64,000 nt of DNA from Leptolyngbyaceae cyanobacterium HOT.MB2.61 (GTDB lineage: Bacteria > Cyanobacteriota > Cyanobacteriia > Leptolyngbyales > Leptolyngbyaceae), in the NCBI GenBank assembly GCA_023511615.1, contig JAIMBL010000004.1:11478-75477 (forward strand), given 5' to 3'. This document shows, piece after piece, positions 30,688 through 39,643 of the stretch; positions within the stretch are counted from its first letter, which is position 1, and every line of letters begins with the position of its first letter. The notes under the pieces were generated by a model. The model had not been told where the DNA came from, made no database searches, and saw only the letters and a list, made by a program, of their open reading frames with translations. The position numbers and the translations under genes were made by a program.

Positions 30688-31455
30688 TCAATTTCTACGA
30701 TGCTGTAAAAACTCTGATAAGTCCGACTCGATCCAGGGTGATGGGGGGCTGCTTTGATAATCAATGAAGTAGTCATAGGCTAACTGGTCATACAGTTCAT
30801 CGACTAACCATTGCAAATCAACAATTGGCTCCGAATCGTCTGGTCTTAACGGAAGTGGAAATGGAGGGATGCGATCGCCCACGTTAAAAGTGTACAGATC
30901 AGCGATGGGGCGAGTATGGGCACGACTCACCAGAATTCGGTAGTGGCTCTTCATATTGCCATTTTCAACAGGTAGGGGATCGCCCCCTCGCAGCAAGTCA
31001 ATCTCTACCAGATTTGTCTGGCTCTCCAGCACTTGCAGTCGTTTCGCTTCGTATTTCTGGCGGCCCTCTCCTCGTTTATTTGCAGGAGAGAGGAGTTCAA
31101 TCGTTGTGACAACGGTTTGAGTCGCTGCATCTCTCACTTCTAGAAAAGACTGCTGCACCTCTTCCAACAGGGGAACGGTTACTTTGATCGGTTGAACAGT
31201 CGATTGAGGTGTTGCAATGGTGGTGTGAATAACGGATGAGTGACGGCTTTGTTGCACAGCAACGTCTGGTTTACCGATGGCGATCGCGGCAGGACCTGCA
31301 ATCTTATAAATCCATTTGTCCATCACAACTTTGTACTTGGGCAAGAGTTGCGGCACTAATGCCCTTGCCAGGGCAGCAATTAGTTGATTATGAAAGTCAG
31401 CCCAAAACTCTGGTTGCTCCAGATAAGGATTCATTCCAGGAAACGGATTGGGCAT
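30688..31455 (-). CDS. DUF4058 family protein
   Basis: N-terminus MPNPFPGMNPYLEQPEFWADFHNQLI is the hallmark of the DUF4058 family, which is expanded in cyanobacteria. Confidence 0.85.
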   Translation of the reverse strand: MPNPFPGMNPYLEQPEFWADFHNQLIAALARALVPQLLPKYKVVMDKWIYKIAGPAAIAIGKPDVAVQQSRHSSVIHTTIATPQSTVQPIKVTVPLLEEVQQSFLEVRDAATQTVVTTIELLSPANKRGEGRQKYEAKRLQVLESQTNLVEIDLLRGGDPLPVENGNMKSHYRILVSRAHTRPIADLYTFNVGDRIPPFPLPLRPDDSEPIVDLQWLVDELYDQLAYDYFIDYQSSPPSPWIESDLSEFLQHRRN

Positions 31456-31813
31456 GGAAGGGGGTCTCTCGCTTTCTGATCATTGTATTAAAGTCCTGCT
31501 GGTCAGGCCATTCGCGATCGCCGTTCCCAACAAAATCACTCCGCATCCCACTATCATCACTCCAGTCACAGGCTCTTGCAACACCATGCCCCAGAGCATG
31601 GCAAGCGCGGCTTTTTGTGTGGAGTTCATGCTGGTCATCCAGGCAGATTGCTGTAACATACTCTCCCAATCTAGCGATGGGCAACAATCCACACTATCCA
31701 TTTCTTGCAGTTTATAGCTGTAGTCACTAAGCTAGGGAAACTACTATGGCGAATCACTAACCTATTAATTCCTGTCGCTGACTCTATTCCTTAAGCGACA
31801 CCCCGACACACCG

Positions 31814-34800
31814 ATGAAACTCTCCGATCTGCAAGCTCGGCTGGACTATTATTACGACCAGATCAGTACTATCATCCTTGCTCGCCAGAATCCGATTACA
31901 GGGCTGCTGCCTGCCAGTACTGCTGTCAATGCCCACGGAGACTACACCGACGCCTGGGTCCGGGATAACGTCTACAGTATCCTGGCAGTTTGGGGGTTGG
32001 CGCTGGCCTACCGCAAGCTGGACGAAACCCAGGGGCGCACCTTTGAGTTGGAACACAGCGTGATCAAGCTCATGCGTGGACTGCTGTTTGCCATGATGCG
32101 GCAGGCGGCGAAAGTGGAGCGGTTTAAGCAAACTCAATCGCCGTTGGATGCATTACACGCCAAGTACGATACCGATACGGGCGATGTCGTTGTGGGTGAT
32201 GATCAGTGGGGACACCTTCAACTGGATGCTACGTCGGTGTTTCTATTGATGCTAGCGCAGATGACGGCTTCTGGTTTACAAATCATCTTCACAACCGATG
32301 AAGTCAATTTCATTCAAAACCTGGTCTACTACATTGGGAGGGCGTATCGCACTCCTGACTTCGGCATCTGGGAGCGGGGCAATAAGATCAATCATGGCAA
32401 TCCAGAGCTAAATGCCAGTTCTGTGGGAATGGCGAAGGCGGCGTTGGAAGCCATGAACGGGCTGAATCTATTTGGAGTCAGAGGTGGGCAGGGTTCTGTG
32501 ATTCATGTGCTGCCAGATGAGATTGCCCGATCGCGCATCACACTCGAATCCCTGCTCCCGCGTGAGTCCAGTTCTAAGGAAGTGGATGCAGCTTTGCTCA
32601 GCATTATTGGGTTTCCGGCATTTGCGGTGGATGATGAAGCACTGAGCGATCGCACCCGCAGTGACATTATCCAGAAGCTTCAGGGTCGGTATGGCTGTAA
32701 GCGGTTTCTGCGGGATGGACACCAGACTGTCCTGGAAGATACGACACGGTTGCATTACGAACCCCGTGAGTTGAAGCAGTTTGAGCATATCGAGTGTGAG
32801 TGGCCCCTGTTTTTCACCTACCTGTTGCTGGATGGGGTGTTTCGGGGCGATCGCAACCAGGTGCAAGAGTACCAGCAACGGTTAGAAGGGGTGCTCATTG
32901 AACGAGATGGACTCAAATTACTGCCAGAGTTGTACATTGTTCCCAGGGAATTGATTGCAGCAGAACGGGCAAATCCTGGTAGCCAACCCCGCATTCCCAA
33001 CGAAAACGTTCCCCTGGTCTGGGCTCAGAGTTTGTATCTGTTGGGGCAAATGTTGAGTGAAGGGTTACTGGCCATTGGAGATGTCGATCCCCTGGGTCGT
33101 CATTTGCATGTTCGTCAACAACGCAAATCTCCTGTGCAAATTGCCTTGATTGCGGAAGACGAAACCCTACAGGCCAAACTGGCAACCTATGGCATCGATA
33201 CCCAGACTCCGTACCAGATTGAACCCCTGATGGTACGGCAGGCGAGTGAGCTGGCGATGGTTTATACCCAGATTGGGCGTAATGACAAACTAAAACTCAG
33301 CGGACGTCCCTTCCGTCGTCTTCGCAGCCTCACCACTTCCCGCATCTTCCGCATCCGGGGTGAAACCATCGTCTTTCTACCCTCCCTGCTTGATCAGCAG
33401 CAGTTTTATCTCACCTTCGACCCCCACTTTCTGGTGGCTCAGATTCGGGCAGAACTGGCTCATATTCAGCGCCACTGGAGCCAGTTGGGTCGTCCAACGA
33501 TGACTCTGTTGCTGACCGAATCCATGCTGGCAGCAGATGACCCGGAATCGGATGAAGCAATACCATTTTTGACCTTAATGAACGAGTTGAAGGATGGCAA
33601 TTGCAATGGTATCCAGGTCAGGTTGGGGCGGCTGAACCAGTTGATGCTGACGGCAGCGATTGAGCGAATGGACTTTCTGCACGATTTTGAATTTACCCAG
33701 TCTCCAGTTCAAGATGCCCTGCCAGAATGCTTTTACCTGTCTTTTAATCCGGAGCGGAGTAGACCCCTCAGCAGCACCCAGGAATTTCGCCTGGAGTATG
33801 AGACGAGCATTAAATTACTGCTCGATAGTCTGCGACAGTCGGAAAACATCTATGAACAGGTCGAACTGCTCAGCACCCTGGTGCGCCTGAAGGGGCTGGA
33901 CTTCGATACCGGACTGGGACAACCGATACAGGCCGTAACTGTTGCCATGCTGCTGAATGAAATTTACATCAAAGCTGGCAGGCTGAGACTGTGGGCGATC
34001 GCCCGACGCGTGGCAGGTCTCTACGACAAAATGGCACTGAATCTGGCAGATGTTGTGACTGACATTCTGGTGCGGGGCAAGCAGATTGCCATTGGCAAAT
34101 CCTACAGCGAAGCCTCCCTGATTACCCGTCCGCTCACACCGTCAGAGATTATGGAGAAGATTCGCGAATTCTGCCGAGAAGATATTCGCGATCGCATGCT
34201 GACCCAGGAAATCCTCATCTACCTCAGTCTGCTGATTAAGGCGGAACCTGAGATATTCAAAGGCTTCCTGACATTGCGAGTTGGCTATCTCATTCTGTTG
34301 ATTACCAGCGAACTGGCCGCAGAGCTGAAAGTGACCCAGGACGAAGCTTACGAACGCCTGATGCAACTCAGTCCCCATGAAATTCAAACCCGCCTGTACG
34401 AGGCATTAGTTGGCTACGAAGGGCTGGACAAAGCGCTCTTCAGGCAAGAATCCCTGCACATCAAACAGCAGGAAAAAATTGACTGGGTGGTGCTCCCCAA
34501 TGAAGAAGATGCAAAACCGGCGGCTGAAGACTGGCGACGGAAACGACAGCTAGATGGCTCCCTCAACCGAGTTCCCAAAAACTTCTACCCCAGTGTGTGG
34601 AACGTGCTGAAACATTGTCGTGGTCTGGTCATTGGTGACAAGTTAGAACGTCGCAATCGTTTAGATAGTGAACTGCTGCTGGCGGAAATGACACCAGGGG
34701 AGAAGAACTTTGCCCTGCAAGTAGAACACCTGTTAAACAAGATTCAGGCTCCCGAATATCGGCAGGTCAATGTCGAAGCTCTGATGGAACTGGCGGCGAT

Positions 34801-35062
34801 CGCCGAACGCAACCCCAACCTGCAAATCGAAGACTACATCGTGCTGGATGTCCTCATCGGACACGCAGTCCGCCTTGCCTGGCTGGATAAACATCCGGAG
34901 CATGCTTCTAACTATGAGGGGTATAAAGCTTCAGCCTGGCGATCGTTCTACGAAAGCTCCCCCTACGACTGTGCCAGGTATGTGGCTCAAGCCCTGAAGT
35001 TTCTGACACGATTAGGACAACAGACGCCCGGTCATTGTGGTCAGGACGGTGGGCAGGGGTGA
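31814..35062 (+). CDS. glycoside hydrolase family 15-like protein, homologue of phosphorylase kinase alpha/beta regulatory subunits
   Basis: The N-terminal ~430 aa align by eye with the PHKA/PHKB glucoamylase-like domain. Matching segments: DAWVRDNVYS, VIKLMRGLLFAMMRQAAKVERFKQTQSPLDALHAKYD, VVGDDQWGHLQLDATS, LAQMTASGLQII, ELNASSVGMAKAALEA, SKEVDAALLSIIGFPAFAV. The last 33 nt, including the stop, lie inside a family A repeat. Confidence 0.8.
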   Translation: MKLSDLQARLDYYYDQISTIILARQNPITGLLPASTAVNAHGDYTDAWVRDNVYSILAVWGLALAYRKLDETQGRTFELEHSVIKLMRGLLFAMMRQAAKVERFKQTQSPLDALHAKYDTDTGDVVVGDDQWGHLQLDATSVFLLMLAQMTASGLQIIFTTDEVNFIQNLVYYIGRAYRTPDFGIWERGNKINHGNPELNASSVGMAKAALEAMNGLNLFGVRGGQGSVIHVLPDEIARSRITLESLLPRESSSKEVDAALLSIIGFPAFAVDDEALSDRTRSDIIQKLQGRYGCKRFLRDGHQTVLEDTTRLHYEPRELKQFEHIECEWPLFFTYLLLDGVFRGDRNQVQEYQQRLEGVLIERDGLKLLPELYIVPRELIAAERANPGSQPRIPNENVPLVWAQSLYLLGQMLSEGLLAIGDVDPLGRHLHVRQQRKSPVQIALIAEDETLQAKLATYGIDTQTPYQIEPLMVRQASELAMVYTQIGRNDKLKLSGRPFRRLRSLTTSRIFRIRGETIVFLPSLLDQQQFYLTFDPHFLVAQIRAELAHIQRHWSQLGRPTMTLLLTESMLAADDPESDEAIPFLTLMNELKDGNCNGIQVRLGRLNQLMLTAAIERMDFLHDFEFTQSPVQDALPECFYLSFNPERSRPLSSTQEFRLEYETSIKLLLDSLRQSENIYEQVELLSTLVRLKGLDFDTGLGQPIQAVTVAMLLNEIYIKAGRLRLWAIARRVAGLYDKMALNLADVVTDILVRGKQIAIGKSYSEASLITRPLTPSEIMEKIREFCREDIRDRMLTQEILIYLSLLIKAEPEIFKGFLTLRVGYLILLITSELAAELKVTQDEAYERLMQLSPHEIQTRLYEALVGYEGLDKALFRQESLHIKQQEKIDWVVLPNEEDAKPAAEDWRRKRQLDGSLNRVPKNFYPSVWNVLKHCRGLVIGDKLERRNRLDSELLLAEMTPGEKNFALQVEHLLNKIQAPEYRQVNVEALMELAAIAERNPNLQIEDYIVLDVLIGHAVRLAWLDKHPEHASNYEGYKASAWRSFYESSPYDCARYVAQALKFLTRLGQQTPGHCGQDGGQG

Positions 35063-35134
35063 AACCCCTGGCTGGGGGCGAAGCCTCCATTCCCCCTCTA
35101 ATTCCAATGTCCTCACGCACCTGCGTAGAGCTAA
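35030..35134. mobile_element. family A MITE-like repeat
   Basis: GTCATTGTGGTCAGGACGGTGGGCAGGGGTGAAACCCCTGGCTGGGGGCGAAGCCTCCATTCCCC..AATGTCCTCACGC..GTAGAGCTAA. It overlaps the 3' end of the preceding CDS. Confidence 0.7.
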
Positions 35135-35222
35135 GTAGCTGGATGCAATTTGGAGGAAGGGCCAGAAACCTGCCTCAGGTGAAGTTCCATTGGTATTATC
35201 GGGTCAGGGGTGAGAAACCATT

Positions 35223-35810
35223 TTGGAGGGGAGGCAATTGCGCGATCGCTACCTGGCATTGATTGATCAAATCATCGAAATCACGCTGAAAGGGCAGATC
35301 CGTTCTAGAGAGCAGGTTTATCAATTGCTGGTTCAGGGGCTTGAACCTGGGACAGGAGAAATGTTTGAGCGGTGTTTCTTAGAGCGGTTTGATGCGGCCC
35401 AGGCTCAGGTAAGTAACGCGGCTGACGAGCTAAAGAAAGCGAAAGCTGAACGGGTTTTGCGGGCATTAAAGACAGTCGAGGGGGAATGGGAGCGTTATCA
35501 GAAGGCGCATCAGGCAACAGCTGCGATCGGTGCAACGACCCAGGCTGTTCTGTTAGCCGAATCCAGTCAGCGGTTCCTGGTACTGCTGCGGGCGATCGAT
35601 GCCAACCAGTCAACCAGTCTCACCCCAGAGCAACTTAAGCAACTGGCAAAGGAACTGGAGCAAGCGCCGACGCTGGCATTTAATCCCGGACTGAGACAGG
35701 AAATTTATCAGGTTGCAACCGGAATTAAAAATGGTCTGGTATCCTGGCAGCAGCTAGAGGCCCATCTGGTGGGCTGGATGTATGACCAGAACCGTCCTCT
35801 GGGGGTTTGA
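35223..35810 (+). CDS. hypothetical helical protein; possibly the N-terminal part of a frameshifted gene
   Basis: 195-aa TTG-initiated ORF ending ...HLVGWMYDQNRPLGV*. It overlaps the next ORF by 29 nt in another frame, and a G5 run lies at 35801-35805. Confidence 0.5.
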   Translation: MEGRQLRDRYLALIDQIIEITLKGQIRSREQVYQLLVQGLEPGTGEMFERCFLERFDAAQAQVSNAADELKKAKAERVLRALKTVEGEWERYQKAHQATAAIGATTQAVLLAESSQRFLVLLRAIDANQSTSLTPEQLKQLAKELEQAPTLAFNPGLRQEIYQVATGIKNGLVSWQQLEAHLVGWMYDQNRPLGV

Positions 35811-37131
35811 AGGTATCCCTGGACAGCAGGGGCCCTGGGAGGTATGGGCCAAGCAGGTCAGTAGCCCATTTTTGAAGCAGGTGTTCCAGACCCTGAGTTT
35901 GAACCAATCAATCACAGACCTGGTGCACCAGCAGTCACGGGTAAACCTGAGTGACTGGGTTGAACTGGCGATCGCGCTACAGTACGTGCAGCGGGGATTG
36001 GTCGCCTGGTTTGAAAAGCAACCCTACGATTCACGCTGGGGCACCAGGCAGGCAATTTCTACCTTTCTATCCTTTGCGGTTCTCTGGAGCCAGCTTTCTA
36101 GCGGCATTGATGCCAATCCCTATCTGACTGAGGACACCCGCCAGCAACTGAGCCAGAGTTGTTTTCAGATGGTGTTACAGGTGTTGCGAGCCTTCTCACA
36201 ACGGCCCTACTTTCCGCTGTATGGTGGAGTGTTTGCCCTGTTTTCGGGAAATTATCTGCGCGAAACCCTCAGTTACCTGGATGAACCTTTGCGGCGGGTG
36301 GAAGGCACTCAGGAGAAGGCTCGCATTCTCACGTTGCTTGGCTACTCCCTGCGCACGGCGGGACGAACGGATCGAGCGGTGGCCTTCCATGAACAGGCGC
36401 TGGAAATTGCCCAAAAAGCAGGCGATCGCGCCTGTGAAATTGCAAACTTTAACCATCTCAGTCGGGCGTTTATTGCCAAACGAGACTTCTCAGAGGCCAT
36501 GCATTACAGTCAGCGAGCGCTGGTGCTTGCCCGGCAGGTGGGCGATCGCCTGGGAGAAGCCAATGCTCTTACGAATCTGGGCTATAGCGAAGTCCTGAGT
36601 GCTAGCCAGCGAGAATGTATGGACCCAGGGGAATACGAAACCCCGGTTGCTTATTTGAAACAGGGACTGAAACTGTCGGAGCAGTCGATTACGTCTGACC
36701 TGGATAGTTTTGCGGCTCGTCAAAGTCAGGCTCTTTGCTACAACAGCCTTGGCATTGCCCATGTCATTCTGGGCCAGATCCAGATGGCTATGGCCTATTT
36801 AGAAAAGGGAGTTGAAGCTGCGCAATTTTCGGGTGACCTGTTTCTTCAAGGTACAAACTTCTCGTTCCTGGCAGAGGTGAACTACGCCCAGAACAATCAT
36901 AATCGTGCCCTCCTGACGGCCTGTTTAGGAATGTACCTGCTAGAGCGAATTGAGTCAGACGAATGGCGACAACCCGCTGCACTGCTGGCAATTTTGCAGG
37001 GACAGTTAGGCGAAGAAGGATTTAGAGCCGCGATCGCCCAGCATAAACCCCAAATCATCTCAGTGATTGGTGTCGATGGCTATGATCACCTACCCAAACT
37101 CCTGGAGGAGTATAAGCGATCGCTCAATTGA
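35782..37131 (+). CDS. TPR-repeat protein (possibly the C-terminal part of a frameshifted gene)
   Basis: 449 aa. TPR units include ARILTLLGYSLRTAGRTDRAVAFHEQALEIAQKAGDR, EIANFNHLSRAFIAKRDFSEAMHYSQRALVLARQVGDR and EANALTNLGYS. Confidence 0.7.
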   Translation: MTRTVLWGFEGIPGQQGPWEVWAKQVSSPFLKQVFQTLSLNQSITDLVHQQSRVNLSDWVELAIALQYVQRGLVAWFEKQPYDSRWGTRQAISTFLSFAVLWSQLSSGIDANPYLTEDTRQQLSQSCFQMVLQVLRAFSQRPYFPLYGGVFALFSGNYLRETLSYLDEPLRRVEGTQEKARILTLLGYSLRTAGRTDRAVAFHEQALEIAQKAGDRACEIANFNHLSRAFIAKRDFSEAMHYSQRALVLARQVGDRLGEANALTNLGYSEVLSASQRECMDPGEYETPVAYLKQGLKLSEQSITSDLDSFAARQSQALCYNSLGIAHVILGQIQMAMAYLEKGVEAAQFSGDLFLQGTNFSFLAEVNYAQNNHNRALLTACLGMYLLERIESDEWRQPAALLAILQGQLGEEGFRAAIAQHKPQIISVIGVDGYDHLPKLLEEYKRSLN

Positions 37132-37238
37132 GGGTGAGGTGAATTTGTCAGTGTTGACTGCGATCGCCCTTCCCCTGCAATTTTTGCAACTTGTGTATAC
37201 AAGGAAGCGATCGCCCCTTGAAAGAAGCGATCGCCCCT

Positions 37239-37353
37239 TATAGCTGTCGCCAGGTTGCTTAGGATACTGGGTTTAAGGGGGGTGTAGGGGCTTTGCCCCT
37301 AGCCAGGGGTTCCACCCCTGCACCCCGTCCTAAGCCTGGTGGCTATAGCTATA
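37239..37353. mobile_element. family A MITE-like repeat, full-length copy (inverted relative to 59523-59631)
   Basis: Its reverse complement is nearly identical to 59523-59631. Termini are ATAGCTATAGC.ACCAGGCTTAGGAC ... GTCCTAAGCAACCTGGCGACAGCTAT, an imperfect terminal inverted repeat. The core is GGGGTGCAGGGGTGGAACCCCTGGCTAGGGGCAAAGCCCCTA. Confidence 0.75.
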
Positions 37354-37427
37354 CTTCTTCAACTTCTTCAGGTTTTGAGCAGAGGCAGCGGAACTGTGGT
37401 TCCTGCCCCCCAATCCCTGACCCCTAA

Positions 37428-39065
37428 TTAGTAATCGAAGTCACCGCCCATGCCAGCACCAGCACCGGCAGGAGCGTTATCCTTCGGCTCAGGCTTGTCA
37501 ACCACAATGCACTCCGTGGTCAGCACCATTCCGGCAATAGAAGCAGCGTTTTGCAGAGCCGAACGGGTCACCTTGGCGGGGTCAACAATACCAGCTTCAA
37601 ACATGTCAACGAACTCATTCGTTGCAGCGTTATAGCCAACATTGAACGCCTTCTCCTTAACCCGCTCAGCAATCACTGCGCCATTCTGACCAGCGTTCTC
37701 AGCAATCCGCTTTAGAGGAGCCGACAGAGCACGGGCAACAATGGTTGCACCAATCAGCTCTTCGCCGTTCAGGTGGCTGCTTGCCCAGGATTCCAGGTCG
37801 GGAGCCAGATGAGCCAGGGTGGTGCCGCCACCAGGAACGATGCCCTCTTCAACCGCAGCCTTGGTTGCGTTAATGGCGTCTTCCAGGCGCAGCTTGCGGT
37901 CCTTCATTTCAGTTTCGGTCGCTGCACCCACTTTAATCACTGCAACACCACCGGCCAGCTTAGCCAGGCGCTCTTGCAGCTTCTCCTTATCGTAGGAAGA
38001 GTCGGTTTCTTCCATCTGACGACGAATTTGTTCGCAACGAGCTTTAACAGCGGCTTCATTGCCTTCTGCCACAATGGTGGTGCTGTCTTTGGTAATGGTG
38101 ACCCGGCGAGCCTTGCCCATCATGTCGAGCTTGGCATTATCCAGCTTCAGACCAGCATCTTCGGTAATTACCTGACCGCCCGTCAAAACGGCGATGTCTT
38201 CCAGCATAGCCTTGCGGCGATCGCCAAAGCCAGGAGCCTTCACAGCAGCCACATTCAACACACCACGCAGACGGTTGACTACCAGGGTTGCCAAAGCTTC
38301 CTTTTCAATATCTTCTGCAATGATGACCAGCGGGCGACCAGCGCGGGCAACTTGCTCCAGTACGGGTACCAGATCCTGCACGAGAGTGATCTTCTTATCT
38401 GTGATCAGCAGGAAGGGCTCATCCAGGATAGCTTCCATGCGCTCGGTGTCGGTCGCGAAGTAAGGAGAAATATAACCCTTGTCGAAGCGCATCCCTTCGG
38501 TGACTTCCAGTTCGGTTGTCATGGACTTGCCTTCTTCCAGAGAAATGACGCCCTCTTTGCCAACCTTATCCATAGCGCTGGCAATCATTTGACCCACTTC
38601 ATCGTCATTACCAGCAGAGATGGCACCAACCTGAGCGATCGCCTTGGAATCTTCAACAGGGCGAGCGTGTTCAGCAATCTTGCCTACCAGAAAGCTGGTG
38701 GCCTTGTCGATACCGCGCTTGAGGGCGATCGCATTTGCCCCAGCAGCAACGTTCCGCAGACCTTCCTTCACCATTGCGTGAGCCAGAACGGTTGCCGTCG
38801 TGGTACCATCCCCTGCGGCATCATTCGTCTTGGAAGCTGCCTGCCGGATGAGAGATACCCCAGTGTTCTCAACGTGGTCCTCCAGTTCAATTTCCTTTGC
38901 GATCGTCACACCGTCATTAACAATCTGGGGAGCACCAAACTTCTTCTCCAAAACGACGTTACGACCCTTTGGACCAAGGGTAACGGCAACAGCCTCAGCC
39001 AGAATATCCATACCACGCTCTAAGGCGCGACGAGCATTTTCGTTGTAAATGATGCGCTTAGCCAT
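37428..39065 (-). CDS. groL: chaperonin GroEL
   Basis: [63 protein letters not shown]..., [12 protein letters not shown] and a C-terminal GGM-like tail ([12 protein letters not shown]). Confidence 0.98.
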   Translation of the reverse strand: MAKRIIYNENARRALERGMDILAEAVAVTLGPKGRNVVLEKKFGAPQIVNDGVTIAKEIELEDHVENTGVSLIRQAASKTNDAAGDGTTTATVLAHAMVKEGLRNVAAGANAIALKRGIDKATSFLVGKIAEHARPVEDSKAIAQVGAISAGNDDEVGQMIASAMDKVGKEGVISLEEGKSMTTELEVTEGMRFDKGYISPYFATDTERMEAILDEPFLLITDKKITLVQDLVPVLEQVARAGRPLVIIAEDIEKEALATLVVNRLRGVLNVAAVKAPGFGDRRKAMLEDIAVLTGGQVITEDAGLKLDNAKLDMMGKARRVTITKDSTTIVAEGNEAAVKARCEQIRRQMEETDSSYDKEKLQERLAKLAGGVAVIKVGAATETEMKDRKLRLEDAINATKAAVEEGIVPGGGTTLAHLAPDLESWASSHLNGEELIGATIVARALSAPLKRIAENAGQNGAVIAERVKEKAFNVGYNAATNEFVDMFEAGIVDPAKVTRSALQNAASIAGMVLTTECIVVDKPEPKDNAPAGAGAGMGGDFDY

Positions 39066-39198
39066 AGTTCTCCAGTAGTCTTGAGTGTTGAGTTAAGAGT
39101 TTTGAGTGAAGAGAGGTAAGTTGTGTGAGCCAGCTTTAAGTTCTGAGTTATCAATTGTTTGGATAACTCAAAAACTCAAAACTTAAAACTCAGCACCT

Positions 39199-39510
39199 CT
39201 ATGAGACGACTGCCAGAATGTCCTTTTCGGATAACAGAACATACTCTTCGGTGCCGAGCTTGATGTCAGTGCCTGCGTACTTCGAGTAGAGAACCTTATC
39301 GCCAAGTTTAACTTCCATTTCCTGGCGCGTTCCCTTCTCATCACGCTTACCAGGGCCTACAGCAACCACTTCGCCAACTTGAGGCTTTTCTTTTGCTGTA
39401 TCAGGCAACAGGATTCCGCCAGCAGTCTTCTCCTCAGAAGCACTCACCTTAACAAACACACGATCACCCAGAGGTTTGACTGTAGAAACACTCAGAGTTA
39501 CGGCTGCCAT
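39199..39510 (-). CDS. groES: co-chaperonin GroES
   Basis: 103 aa: [11 protein letters not shown]...[29 protein letters not shown]...[29 protein letters not shown]. Confidence 0.97.
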   Translation of the reverse strand: MAAVTLSVSTVKPLGDRVFVKVSASEEKTAGGILLPDTAKEKPQVGEVVAVGPGKRDEKGTRQEMEVKLGDKVLYSKYAGTDIKLGTEEYVLLSEKDILAVVS

Positions 39511-39558
39511 AAATAATTCTCCAAACTAGCGGGTTAGGTGAACAGTCCAGGTCGAGTT

Positions 39559-39585
39559 TTAGCACTCTCGACCTCTGAGTGCTAA
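39559..39585. promoter_or_regulatory. CIRCE operator (HrcA binding site) upstream of groES
   Basis: Perfect consensus TTAGCACTC-N9-GAGTGCTAA (TTAGCACTCtcgacctctGAGTGCTAA), 49 nt upstream of the groES start codon. Confidence 0.92.
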
Positions 39586-39613
39586 TTTAGCCACAGTAAT
39601 CCCTCAAATGCAA
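39584..39613 (-). promoter_or_regulatory. putative sigma70-type groESL promoter
   Basis: On the minus strand TTGCAT (39608-39613) - 18 nt - TAAATT (39584-39589). The -10 element abuts or overlaps the CIRCE left arm, as is typical for HrcA-controlled promoters. This is a prediction from sequence only. Confidence 0.4.
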
Positions 39614-39643
39614 CTTTTTAAGCTGTACGGGTTCCCGAACTCA

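Noticed and set aside
31397-31717. Overlapping ORFs 31397-31687 (-) and 31448-31717 (+)
   Set aside because: They mutually overlap in a 360-nt divergent promoter gap, have an odd Cys/His/Ser-rich composition and lack an RBS.
37773-39023. 416-aa ORF on the plus strand
   Set aside because: It lies entirely antisense to groEL. The sequence is low-complexity and non-protein-like, the classic antisense shadow ORF of a highly expressed gene.
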